The notes beneath the pieces were generated by a model. The model made no database searches, had not been told where the DNA came from, and saw only the letters and a list, made by a program, of their open reading frames with translations. Below, one piece after another: positions 18,795 through 29,071 of a stretch of 64,000 nt of DNA. The position numbers were made by a program, and so were the translations under genes. How positions within the stretch are numbered: position 1 is the stretch's first letter; every line of letters begins with the position of its first letter. The DNA is taken from assembly GCA_038320555.1 (NCBI GenBank), contig JBBQEJ010000007.1, positions 6,896 through 70,895 of the forward strand, in the 5' to 3' direction. This stretch comes from Vicinamibacterales bacterium (lineage in GTDB: Bacteria > Acidobacteriota > Vicinamibacteria > Vicinamibacterales > 2-12-FULL-66-21).

Positions 18795-19066
18795 CTCGCG
18801 CAGAGAACGCAGAGGTCGCAGAGAAGATCCTCTCACGCCGAGTCGCCAAGGCCGCCGAAGACCGATCGATACCTGCCGAGTCGGTTCCGCCGACCCGCGC
18901 TTCGCGCGGCAGGAGGTCACGAGATCCCAGAAACAAGCAGCACATGACCTCTCTGCTGTTTGTTTCTGGGATCTCGCGACCTCCTGTTGGCCGGCCGAAG
19001 GCCGGCGTCGGCGGAACACACTGTGGCAGGGTGTCTTCTCGGCGCTCTCAGCGATCTCTGCGCGAG
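18795..19066. repeat. Branched ~270-bp palindromic element
   Basis: Nested inverted repeats 18795-18806/19055-19066, 18884-18894/19007-19017 and 18910-18942/18954-18986, plus two side hairpins; period-9 cgcagagNN units in the outer arms. Confidence 0.85.
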
Positions 19067-19184
19067 TACGTGACTTGCAACCGGAGTGTCTATTTGAATA
19101 ATGGCAGGGTCTCCCGTTCCCTCTGTCCGCCCCTGTGCCATATACTCGGGCGCGGGGGTGTGACTGGATCGAAGTGCTCAGCGC

Positions 19185-20476
19185 GTGATCGCCGCCGTGG
19201 CGGCCGCGGCCCGCAGGCGGCGCGCACGCGAAACAAGCCGTCTCCTGTGGCGGGTTGCGCCGATCGTGTCGGCAACAGGGCTCATCGTGGCTGCGTTCGT
19301 GAGATGGAGGAACGCGTCTGCGGTCATTCCGCCGGTCTTGCTGGTCCTCGCCGCAGCGGCGTGGATCGCGTACGCGTATCTGCAGCGGTATCGCGTGCGC
19401 GTCTCAGATGCGACGGCTGCCGCGATTGACGACGACGCGCACCTCGGCGGTGAACTGCGAAGCGCGGCCTGGTTTGCGGCTCGCGGCACGACCGACCCCT
19501 GGGCAGGTTTCCATCTCGAGCGGGCGGCCGATCACCTCGAGTCCATTGATTTCGCCCGACTGTACCCGCCCGTTCGCGCACGTCGCGCACGCGTGGCGAC
19601 GGGCGTGATGGTCGCGCTCGCATTGCTCCTCGTGGCGACGTTCCCCGAGCGCCCTCGCGCCGTCGCGGCGACGCGGGTCGCGCCTTCCGAGACGGCCCCG
19701 CGGAAGGTGCCGCCAGTCGCGCTCGAGGGTGTGCCTGCGGAATTGCCTCAGGAGCTCGAAGACCTCCTCGCGGCCATTGAAAACGGCACGTTGCCAGCCG
19801 GGAGTGCCGCGGACGCCGCGCTGCGGAATACGCTCACCCACCTCCAGGCGTTGAAGGATCCGCAGGCGCTCGCGGCGCTGGCCCGTGCCATGGCCGCCGA
19901 TCGATCGCGGGCCGACGACGGCGCGAAGATGAAAGAGCTTGCGGATCGGGCAAAGCGGGATGCGTCGATGACGCCGCCATCAGACATCCGGGACGCGCTC
20001 CAGCAACTGTCGAAGAAGCTGTCGGATCCGGAGCGCGAGATGGATTCCGCCGGATTCGAGAAGAGCGACGAGGCCCAACCACAGGCCGGCGCCGACCTTG
20101 CCGGCCCGCCCCCGCAGTCGTCACGCGATGCCAGCGCGATTGCGTCGCTCGGAATGGTCGCGTTGTCCAAGCAGGAAGCTTCAGATCCGAACGCGCCTCC
20201 CGGAGCGGGCGCCGGCGGCGCATCATCGTCGCCGGGTCCAGGCGGCACGATGGCCGGGATTTCCAAGGCCTTGCGCCATGAGATCATCGAGGCGAATGAG
20301 GACGACGTGAGCGGCGACGTGCACACGGCCGAGCGCCGGCAAACGGAGCGCGGGAAAGCGGCCGCGACGTTCACGGGAAGCGCCTCCGGAACGTTCGATG
20401 CCACGCGGGCGTCAGCTCCGCCGCCGGTGCCGGAAACGCGCCGCGCGGGGATTCAGACATACTTCAGCCGTAAACA

Positions 20477-20480
<4 letters not shown>
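19185..20480 (+). CDS. Hypothetical membrane protein, first gene of the MoxR operon
   Basis: Three N-terminal hydrophobic segments, helical/low-complexity region, C-terminal VPETRRAGIQTYF; ATGA overlap with moxR. Confidence 0.75.
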
Positions 20481-21469
<989 letters not shown>

Positions 21470-21487
21470 TTTCTGCCAGGTCGCAGG

Positions 21488-21522
21488 CTGGCAGCTGGCA
21501 ACTGGAAACTGGCAACTGGAAA
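21488..21522. repeat. Heptamer tandem array inside the operon
   Basis: ctggcag ctggcaa ctggaaa ctggcaa ctggaaa. Confidence 0.85.
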
Positions 21523-21533
21523 CCCCGGCCCGA

Positions 21534-22478
21534 ATGCCCCTCCGTTTCGAAAACGATTTCCTGAAAAAGCTCGAGTACTTGCACGTGGTTTCCAAGCGTG
21601 CGCTTGCGGGACAGAACCGTGCGGACCGGTTATCGCCGAAGCGAGGACGAGGGCTGGAGTTCGCCGATCATCGACCCTACACCCCGGGTGACGACTACCG
21701 GCACATCGACTGGAAGGCCTACAAGCGTCTCAACCGGCTCCTGCTCCGGCTGTTCGACGAAGAGCGGGATCTGTCAATCTACGTGATGCTCGATGTCAGC
21801 CGCTCGATGGCGGAACCGGCGAAGTTCGACATGGCCAGGCGGATTGCCGCGGCCTTGTGTTACATCGGCCTGGTCCATCTGGATCGGTTGACGATTGTGC
21901 CATTCGGCCGGGGCCTCGGCCACGAATCGTCACCAGGACGAGGGAAGGGACGGATCTTCCGCGTGTTCGATGCGCTCGAACGGCTCGAAGCGTCAGGGCC
22001 TACCGACCTGCGCGAGTCCTGCAAGGTGTTCGCATCACGCCCACGTCAGCTCGGGCTCGTCGTGATGATTTCGGACTTTCTCGACCCCGGGCCGCCTTCG
22101 CCAATGGCTGCGGCGGGCTCCCGCCGTAGCTCAACTGAAGGGAATTCGCGAGCGAAGGCGGAAGGGTACCAGGCCGGACTCAAGATCCTACGCACGCTCG
22201 GCCACGATGTGTTTGCCGTGCACGTAACGTCGGAGCGGGACCGCGATCCGGGGGTGCTCGGCACAGTCCGCTTCGTCGACGTCGAGACGGGCGAGGTGCG
22301 CGAGGTAGACGTCACGCCGCGGCTTGCGACCGCCTACATCCAGGCCTCAAAGGCGCACGGTGAGGCGCTGGAGCATTTCTGCGGACGCTACGACATCGGC
22401 TACGTGCGGGCGGAGGCGGAGCGGCCCTTTGAAGACGTCATTCTGCGGACCTTCCGCCAGGGACGGTTTCTCGCATGA
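21534..22478 (+). CDS. DUF58 domain protein
   Basis: GLEFADHRPYTPGDDYRHIDWK, LDVSRSM, ISDFLD; carries an apparent ~23-aa insert. Confidence 0.92.
   Translation: MPLRFENDFLKKLEYLHVVSKRALAGQNRADRLSPKRGRGLEFADHRPYTPGDDYRHIDWKAYKRLNRLLLRLFDEERDLSIYVMLDVSRSMAEPAKFDMARRIAAALCYIGLVHLDRLTIVPFGRGLGHESSPGRGKGRIFRVFDALERLEASGPTDLRESCKVFASRPRQLGLVVMISDFLDPGPPSPMAAAGSRRSSTEGNSRAKAEGYQAGLKILRTLGHDVFAVHVTSERDRDPGVLGTVRFVDVETGEVREVDVTPRLATAYIQASKAHGEALEHFCGRYDIGYVRAEAERPFEDVILRTFRQGRFLA
22092..22161. repeat. REP-like palindromic element lying in frame within DUF58
   Basis: Outer arms ccgccttcgc / gcgaaggcgg; inner hairpin gctgcggcggg-ct-cccgccgtagc. Confidence 0.75.
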
Positions 22479-24283
22479 CGTTTGCCGGGATGGCGACGTG
22501 GCAGGCCTGGGCGCTTCTTGCCGGCGCGGGCGCGCTGGCCGCCGGCTTGTTTTTCATCAAGCTGCGCCCGCCGCGCATTCTCGTGCCCTCGCTGTCGTTG
22601 TGGCAGCGAGTGCTCGATGCCTCACCGGATATCACGCGGTGGGAGCGCATACGCCGGGCGGTGTCACTGCTCGTCACCGTAGCGATTGCCGCCATGCTGG
22701 CGATGGCGGTTGCCCGGCCTTCACGCGCGGCCGGGCCTGGCGCCGGTGCGCGCGGCCGGATGCTGGTGGTGATCGACTCTTCGTGGTCGATGCTGGCGAA
22801 GACGCGCGGCGGTGAAACGCGGTGGGACCGCGCGCGTGCGGAAGCGCGGCGACTTGCGGCGTCGAATGACGAGGTGGCGCTTGCCACGACGGCCGATGGC
22901 CTTGTCGAAGGGCCTACCGACGATACCGTGCTCATCGAATCGGCATTGGCGAGGCTGACGCCCTCGGTCTCGGATGCCTCCTCATCGTCGTCGTCCTGGC
23001 CCGTGATCTCCGGGATGGACTCGGTCCATTTCATTACCGACGGCGCCGTTGCCCGCTCGCTCGATCGATCCGTGGTCGTGCACTCCGTGTTCGAGCCGGT
23101 TGCCAACGTTGCCATCACGGCCTTCGACGTTCGGCCCTCGCTCGGGCCCGATCGGCGGGGACCCGGTTCGCAGATTGCCGAGGGCTACCTTGAAGTCGCA
23201 AATTTTGCGCCCGCGGCGCAGCAGGTTCATATCGTCCTGACGCGCGGAAACGTCACGATCGGCGATAGCCACATCGACATGGCGGCAGGCGAGGCGTATC
23301 GGCAGGTTATCCCGCTCACGCGGCAGGGAGACCCGTCGCTGCGGGCGCACGTGGAGGCATCGCAGAACGCGCTTGGCGTGGACGACGACGGTTTTGCGTG
23401 GATCGGGCGCGCGCAACGGTTGTCGGTCGTGGTCGTTGGAGAGCGCACCGAGTGGCTGCGGCGTCTGCTCGCGCCGGATGCCGATGTGCGCGCAACGTTC
23501 GTCACGCCTCAGGCGTATCGAGACGGACGCGAAGATGTGACGATCTTCGATCGTTGGGCGCCGGCGAGCCCGCCACCGCGACCCGCGCTCTACTTTGCGC
23601 CGCCCCCGGAGACGCCCTGGCTGTCGGGCTCGTCCGGTGTGGCCGCCGAGGAGGAAAGGCGCCCGCGATGGGAGAACGCTGGATCGCACCCCGTGCTTCG
23701 GGGAGTCGATCCGCTGACGATCCGGATCGACAAGGCGCGCGGGTATTCGTCGCCGCTGCTCATTGCGGCGGCGCGGTCGGCGCGTGGAACCCCACTCGTC
23801 TCCGTCAGCGAAACTGCTGAACGCCGATTCGTCGTCGTGGGTTTCGGGCCATCGGAATCAAACCTCGCGTCGGCGCCCGGGTTTCCTGTTCTTGCCGGCA
23901 ACGCTCTCGCGTGGCTGGCACATCCGGAGTCACAGGCACATTCGCTCCGCCCGGGCCTCGCGTCGTTCAGCGAGGTGACGACGAACGTGAGTGGGCCTCG
24001 CGGAGAATCGCTGCCGCTGACCCGCGTGGGCGGCGCGGCCGTCGGGATCCTTCGAACGCCCGGACTGTATGTGGCCGAAGGGGGAGGGACGCGAAGCACG
24101 TTTGCGATGAACATGGCGGACCCCCAGCGATCGAATGTCGCGCACTCCACCCTCGCCTCAGGAGCGAACACGGCCTCCGCGCAGGGATTTCCGGACCCCT
24201 CCTGGTGGATAGGCTGCGCGATAGCGGCGTTCGTGCTCGCGCTTGTCGAGTGGTGGACATGGCAGCGCCGCCTCACGGTCTGA
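22475..24283 (+). CDS. BatA-like N-terminus + vWA domain membrane protein
   Basis: N-terminal transmembrane segments with VPSLSLW, LAVARP, MIDAS DSSWSM, ITDG, C-terminal TM ending LVEWW. Confidence 0.85.
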   Translation: MTFAGMATWQAWALLAGAGALAAGLFFIKLRPPRILVPSLSLWQRVLDASPDITRWERIRRAVSLLVTVAIAAMLAMAVARPSRAAGPGAGARGRMLVVIDSSWSMLAKTRGGETRWDRARAEARRLAASNDEVALATTADGLVEGPTDDTVLIESALARLTPSVSDASSSSSSWPVISGMDSVHFITDGAVARSLDRSVVVHSVFEPVANVAITAFDVRPSLGPDRRGPGSQIAEGYLEVANFAPAAQQVHIVLTRGNVTIGDSHIDMAAGEAYRQVIPLTRQGDPSLRAHVEASQNALGVDDDGFAWIGRAQRLSVVVVGERTEWLRRLLAPDADVRATFVTPQAYRDGREDVTIFDRWAPASPPPRPALYFAPPPETPWLSGSSGVAAEEERRPRWENAGSHPVLRGVDPLTIRIDKARGYSSPLLIAAARSARGTPLVSVSETAERRFVVVGFGPSESNLASAPGFPVLAGNALAWLAHPESQAHSLRPGLASFSEVTTNVSGPRGESLPLTRVGGAAVGILRTPGLYVAEGGGTRSTFAMNMADPQRSNVAHSTLASGANTASAQGFPDPSWWIGCAIAAFVLALVEWWTWQRRLTV

Positions 24284-24290
24284 TGTCGTG

Positions 24291-26891
24291 GTGAGCTGGG
24301 TTGCGCCGGGCGCGTTGTGGTTGTTGGCGGGCGTGCCGCTCGTCTGGCTTGCGCACCTGCTCGCGCGCACGAGCTTCAACCCGCGCCAGCGACGTCTCCA
24401 GGCGGCCGTACGGTCGCTGCTGCTTGCCGCGCTGGCGCTCGCGCTGGCCCGCCCCGTGCTCTCCACGAGCTCGCCGCGTCAGTCCATCGTCTACGTCGTC
24501 GACGTCTCGCACAGCATCTCGAGCCGCGCGATCGAGGAAGCCGCGCGGCGGATCGATGAGCTCAACGCCGGACTCCGTCCGAGCCATTGGCGCATCGTGG
24601 CCTTCGGCGCAACCTCGGCAACACTCGACAATACCGCGGCACTACGGCGACTGGCGCAGATCGACACCTCTGAAGCCAATCAGTCAATCGATCGTACTGG
24701 ATCGGATCTCGAACGGGCGCTTGGCGCGGCGCGCGCACAACTGGCGCCGGATTCCACGCCGCGAATCGTGCTGTTCACGGACGGCCGGCCAACGATGGGA
24801 GATGTTCGTGCGGCGGTCCTGCGTCTGGCGGCTGCCCACGTTCCGATATTCGTCGAGCCGATGTCCGTGCGGTCGCTGGGCGACACGTGGGTCGACCGGA
24901 TAGATCTGCCGGAGCGGATGGCGGCGGGCGCGGCGTTCACGGCTGTCGTCGCGGTGGGTGCGCAGCGCGGCGCGGCCGCCACCGTCGAGCTTCGCTCGGA
25001 GGGGGCCGTTCTTGCGAGCCGGCACCTCACGATCCCGTCCGGCCTCACCGCCGTCGCGCTCGAGGCACGCATCGACGAGCCGGGCAGCCACGTCTTTCAG
25101 GCGTCGATTTCAGTCGCCGGCGATCCGCTGATGGCCAACAACACGCTCGAGCGTGCGGCGCGGGCGGATCCTCGAGGGCGTGTGTTGTATATCGAGGGAA
25201 CGCCCGCGAGCGCGCGATATCTTGCCGGTGCGCTCAAGGGCGGCGGCTTTGACGTCGCCGTCAGGCCGCCATCAGGACTCCCAGCGAGCGCGGCCGCGCT
25301 CGATCCGTGGGACGTCGTGATCATCAGCGACGTCGCGCGCGCCGCTCTCCCGAACGGATCCATAGCCGCGCTGACTGAATGGGTCGAGAAACTCGGGGGA
25401 GGGCTCCTGGTGGCGGGCGGGGAATCCGTGTTCGGCGAGGGCGGTTACCAGAAAACTGCGATCGAACGGATTACGCCCGTGACCTTCGAACGACGCGACG
25501 AGCCGGACGTGGCGCTGGTTCTGGTTCTCGATCGATCGTGGAGCATGGCAGGGCCGTCCATCGATCTGTGCAAGGCAGCGGCGCAAGCGGCCGTCGATGT
25601 CATGACGGACAAGCAGGCGGTCGGTGTCATTACGTTCAACGATCAGTACGACTGGAACGTGCCGCTCGGCACCGTCGGACAGAATCGCGCGACCATCCGG
25701 GAAAGGATTGCCGCCATCTCGCCTTCCGGTCCCACGCGAATCTTTCCCGCGCTCGAGCAGGCGTATCTGGCGCTCCGCGCCGCAAAGGCGCGCGCGAAGC
25801 ACGTCGTCGTATTGTCAGACGGTCGATCGCTCCCAGACGATCACGAGACGCTCGTACGGAAGATGTCGGCCGCGCATATTACGGTGTCGTCGGTTGCCGT
25901 CGGGCCAGCGGCGGACCGCGAGCTGCTGCACAACATCGCGGTCTGGGGCAAGGGACGGGACTATTCCGTGCAGAACGCGAGAGAGCTGCCGGAGGTCTTC
26001 GTCAAGGAAGCAAAGAACGCCGCCACCCCATCATTCGATGAAAAAGACATCACGCCGATTGTGAAAGCTTCTGCGTTTCTTGGCGCCGTGGACGTCGCGC
26101 GCGCGCCGCACCTCAAAGGCGTGACCGCCACGGTGATCAAGGACGCCGCGCTGGAAGTGCTCTCCACCGATGAGGGCGATCCGTTACTGGCATTCTGGCC
26201 CGTGGGGCTCGGGCGGACCGCGGTCTTCACGTCCGATGTCAAAGATCGATGGGCGGCCGGCTGGATCAAGTGGCGCGGCTATGGTCCGTTCTTCTCGGCG
26301 GTCGTGCACGCCGTCGAGCGACAGAGGCCGCGGCTGCTCGATCTGGATGCGGTGCCTGGTCAGATTGACAACGGCACGCGGCCTGTTGCCGTTTCACTCG
26401 AGGCTCGGGACGCGAATGGTGGATACCGCGAATTGCTCCGGCCGTCCGTCGGCATCGTCGCCGGTGAGAGTTCCGCCAACGTTCCGCTTCGACAGGTTGC
26501 GCCTGGCCGCTACGAAGCATCCGTGCTCGCGGATGCCTCGCGCATGGTCACGATCACAACGGCGGATGCCAACGGCACAACGATCTCCCGCGTCGTTGCT
26601 GCCGACCGAGCGGCGGAGTACCGGTTTCGCCCCGCGGATGCTGCGCTGCTGAAGTCGTTGGCTTCGGCCACCGGCGGCAGCTGGACACCGGCGGTATCGG
26701 CTCTGAGGGCCGCGCCAACCGATCGCCACAGCCAACGCCGGCCTCTGTGGCCTGCCCTGACGATGGGCGCGCTCGGCCTGTGGTTCATCGATTTGCTGCT
26801 GCGCCGCGTGCGCGTGCTCGAACCACGCGTCGCGCCACAGACGCACACGGAAGATCACGTGCGACAGATGCACAGAGAAGAACACGGATAG
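24291..26891 (+). CDS. Double-vWA / glutamine-amidotransferase-like domain membrane protein
   Basis: Two MIDAS motifs (DVSHSI, DRSWSM), FTDG/LSDG, GGGLLVAGG, GLGRTAVFTSD..RWA; GTG start inferred. Confidence 0.85.
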   Translation: MSWVAPGALWLLAGVPLVWLAHLLARTSFNPRQRRLQAAVRSLLLAALALALARPVLSTSSPRQSIVYVVDVSHSISSRAIEEAARRIDELNAGLRPSHWRIVAFGATSATLDNTAALRRLAQIDTSEANQSIDRTGSDLERALGAARAQLAPDSTPRIVLFTDGRPTMGDVRAAVLRLAAAHVPIFVEPMSVRSLGDTWVDRIDLPERMAAGAAFTAVVAVGAQRGAAATVELRSEGAVLASRHLTIPSGLTAVALEARIDEPGSHVFQASISVAGDPLMANNTLERAARADPRGRVLYIEGTPASARYLAGALKGGGFDVAVRPPSGLPASAAALDPWDVVIISDVARAALPNGSIAALTEWVEKLGGGLLVAGGESVFGEGGYQKTAIERITPVTFERRDEPDVALVLVLDRSWSMAGPSIDLCKAAAQAAVDVMTDKQAVGVITFNDQYDWNVPLGTVGQNRATIRERIAAISPSGPTRIFPALEQAYLALRAAKARAKHVVVLSDGRSLPDDHETLVRKMSAAHITVSSVAVGPAADRELLHNIAVWGKGRDYSVQNARELPEVFVKEAKNAATPSFDEKDITPIVKASAFLGAVDVARAPHLKGVTATVIKDAALEVLSTDEGDPLLAFWPVGLGRTAVFTSDVKDRWAAGWIKWRGYGPFFSAVVHAVERQRPRLLDLDAVPGQIDNGTRPVAVSLEARDANGGYRELLRPSVGIVAGESSANVPLRQVAPGRYEASVLADASRMVTITTADANGTTISRVVAADRAAEYRFRPADAALLKSLASATGGSWTPAVSALRAAPTDRHSQRRPLWPALTMGALGLWFIDLLLRRVRVLEPRVAPQTHTEDHVRQMHREEHG

Positions 26892-27006
26892 ATGCGCCCT
26901 GCGCCCCCGACGCCGCAGCGCCGACTTGAGTGACGTGGCGGATTCGATGACAGGCCGCGGACGACGCGCCCTCTTTTGTCCGTGTTTGTCCGTGTGCTTC
27001 CGTGGC
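26834..27006. repeat. Period-10 MITE-like inverted-repeat element overlapping the vWA stop codon
   Basis: gccacagacgcacacgga (26834-26851) versus the reverse complement of 26989-27006 (gccacggaagcacacgga), 16/18 match; internal cacgga/tccgtg units. Confidence 0.75.
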
Positions 27007-27044
27007 ATGAGATATCCTCAGCCGGCACCGTAATAGGAGGAATC

Positions 27045-28025
27045 ATGCACCCTTCGACTTCGCTCCGGGCGGGTCCCCCCCTGACCCGCCGGGACTTTCT
27101 GGAACGCGCCGCGCTGACGAGCGCCGTGCTGGCATGGGCGGCGCGACCGGCCGCAGCCGCCGGCACCATGTTTGTCTCGCTGAATGGCGCCGTGACCCGC
27201 GGCGTCAGTGGGTTCGACAGGGCGCGTCTCGCGGCCAAGCTCGGGTACGGGGGCGTCGATTGGGATCTGGGTCCGGCGAAAGCAGCGGGCCTCGAAGCCA
27301 CGAAGGCGCTGTTTGCCGAGCTCAAGATCAAGCCGACGATCACGAATTTTCCGATGGCGAGACCGTTTCCCTTTGCCGGCGAGCAGGGCGCTTTTCAGCA
27401 GGCTCTCACAACGTTCGCTGAGGATGCCCCATTTGTCGCGGGCATCGGATGTCAGAAGATGATGGTCGTGATGTCTCCGACTGGCCCACTCCCAAAGGAG
27501 GAGCAACGCAAGGTCGTAAGAGATCGGCTGTCGGCAATCTCCGAGGTGCTTCAGCGGTCGAACCTTCGGCTGGGCCTCGAGTTTCTTGGCGTGCAGCAGT
27601 TTCGAGCAGGTCGCGAAGGCGGACCGCCCCCTAACCCGTTCATCTGGACGCTTCCAGAAACCGTCGCGCTCGCCAAGGACTGCGGAGCGAACATTGGCGT
27701 CGTCCTCGACGTGTGGCACTGGCATCATTCGGGAGGCACGACCGCCGATATCCTTCCAGTGGAGAAGGCGCGGATCGTTCACATCCACGTCTCCGACGCG
27801 AAAGCCCAGCCGCCGGAGGAGGTTCGCGACAATCAACGCCTCATGCCCGGGGAAGGGGTGATCGATCTCGTCGGATTCTTCCAGGCATTGAAGAAGATCG
27901 GCTACGACGACGGTGTCAGCCCGGAACCGCTGGGCCGCGTGCCTGCCGAAATGTCGCCGGAAGAGGGCGCGAAGCTGGCGCTCGACACGACGCTGGCAGT
28001 CATGAAGAAGGCAGGCGTCGTGTGA
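27045..28025 (+). CDS. Tat-exported sugar-phosphate isomerase/epimerase (xylose isomerase-like TIM barrel)
   Basis: AGGAGG RBS, TRRDFL Tat motif, LGLEF, LDVWHW, HIHVSD, MPGEGVIDL, VSPE. Confidence 0.88.
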   Translation: MHPSTSLRAGPPLTRRDFLERAALTSAVLAWAARPAAAAGTMFVSLNGAVTRGVSGFDRARLAAKLGYGGVDWDLGPAKAAGLEATKALFAELKIKPTITNFPMARPFPFAGEQGAFQQALTTFAEDAPFVAGIGCQKMMVVMSPTGPLPKEEQRKVVRDRLSAISEVLQRSNLRLGLEFLGVQQFRAGREGGPPPNPFIWTLPETVALAKDCGANIGVVLDVWHWHHSGGTTADILPVEKARIVHIHVSDAKAQPPEEVRDNQRLMPGEGVIDLVGFFQALKKIGYDDGVSPEPLGRVPAEMSPEEGAKLALDTTLAVMKKAGVV

Positions 28026-28113
28026 CTCGGGACCGTATGCAACGTCGGCACGCAGGCGGATCTGGAGAAGACCCGAGGCCTTCGGATCTCCTCCAGCGAA
28101 TTTGCCGCCGATC

Positions 28114-28833
28114 TCAGTTCTTCGTGATCGTCAACCCCGACACCGTCGCGTCGGTGTTGTGCGCGAAGCGGATCCCGTAGACACCATCCGTCGACTTCAG
28201 TTTGCCGGCTGTCACGAGCGCGGCCTTGTCGTACGTGCCGACGACGGTGCCGTTGACCGAGCAGTCGACCTTGTCGCCCTTGACCGACATCGCAATCTCC
28301 TGCGTCACGGGCTGGTCCTTGCCTGCCGCCTTGTGCACCGCGTCATTTGGCTCACCGCGCCCATTCATCTGAAATGGCGCGGGGCCGAAGCCGCGAACGA
28401 TGAACGTGCCGCTCCCGTAAGCTGCGCAGTACAGATAGCTCTCCTGCGGCGTGCCGAGATCGTTGCCCGCGATCACGATGCCGTACGGGTGGGGATGATT
28501 GTTCAGATTCATGTACTTCGGCTCGGTGAAGGTGGCCTTCACCGTGTAGTTGCCCGTGGCCTGGTTGGCCGGGTTCCAATAGGTCACGGCCGGACCCGTG
28601 ACAACGTGCAGATCCTTGCCCTCATGAGAGAGCTTCGCATCGTTGATGGTCTGTCCCTGCTTTTCGGCCGCCGGATCGACCTTGCCCGTCCATCCCGGGA
28701 CGGAGACGCCCCCGCCGGCGACGCTGCGGTTGGTTTCCTGCGGCGCCTGCGCGGCAGGTGCCTGTGCGGCGGGTGCGAGCGGAACGAGCGTAGCAATAGC
28801 CATTGCGAGTGCGGAACCATAGACCAGACGCAT
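28114..28833 (-). CDS. Secreted hypothetical protein (beta-rich, possibly ConA/DUF1080-like)
   Basis: Signal peptide, AAAGGA RBS, beta-strand-like composition; the fold call is tentative. Confidence 0.7.
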   Translation of the reverse strand: MRLVYGSALAMAIATLVPLAPAAQAPAAQAPQETNRSVAGGGVSVPGWTGKVDPAAEKQGQTINDAKLSHEGKDLHVVTGPAVTYWNPANQATGNYTVKATFTEPKYMNLNNHPHPYGIVIAGNDLGTPQESYLYCAAYGSGTFIVRGFGPAPFQMNGRGEPNDAVHKAAGKDQPVTQEIAMSVKGDKVDCSVNGTVVGTYDKAALVTAGKLKSTDGVYGIRFAHNTDATVSGLTITKN

Positions 28834-28915
28834 GTTCTGTCCTTTCCTGTTGACGGCCGTCAGCGGGCCGGATGGCGAGTATACGACGAGCGGCGACGTC
28901 GGTGATAGCCGCCGC

Positions 28916-29039
28916 TGAGATAACGAAGGTCGCGGAGGAAGCAGAGTGATTTCACCACAGAGGCAACGGAGTAAACAGAGGAAAATTATTGTTCTCTGCT
29001 AACTCTGCTTACTCTGTGGTGAAATACTCCGTTATCTCA
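28916..29039. repeat. Period-9 palindromic intergenic element
   Basis: atttcaccacagag (28949-28962) / ctctgtggtgaaat (29012-29025); units cacagaggc-aacggagta-aacagagga mirrored; outer tgagataacg / cgttatctca. Confidence 0.85.
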
Positions 29040-29071
29040 ATTGCCTCCATTACTTCTCAAGCGACCAATCT

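Noticed and set aside
18098..19429. 443-aa plus-strand ORF spanning the palindromic element
   Set aside because: Arg/Ala-rich off-frame overlap of two real genes and a repeat; no motifs.
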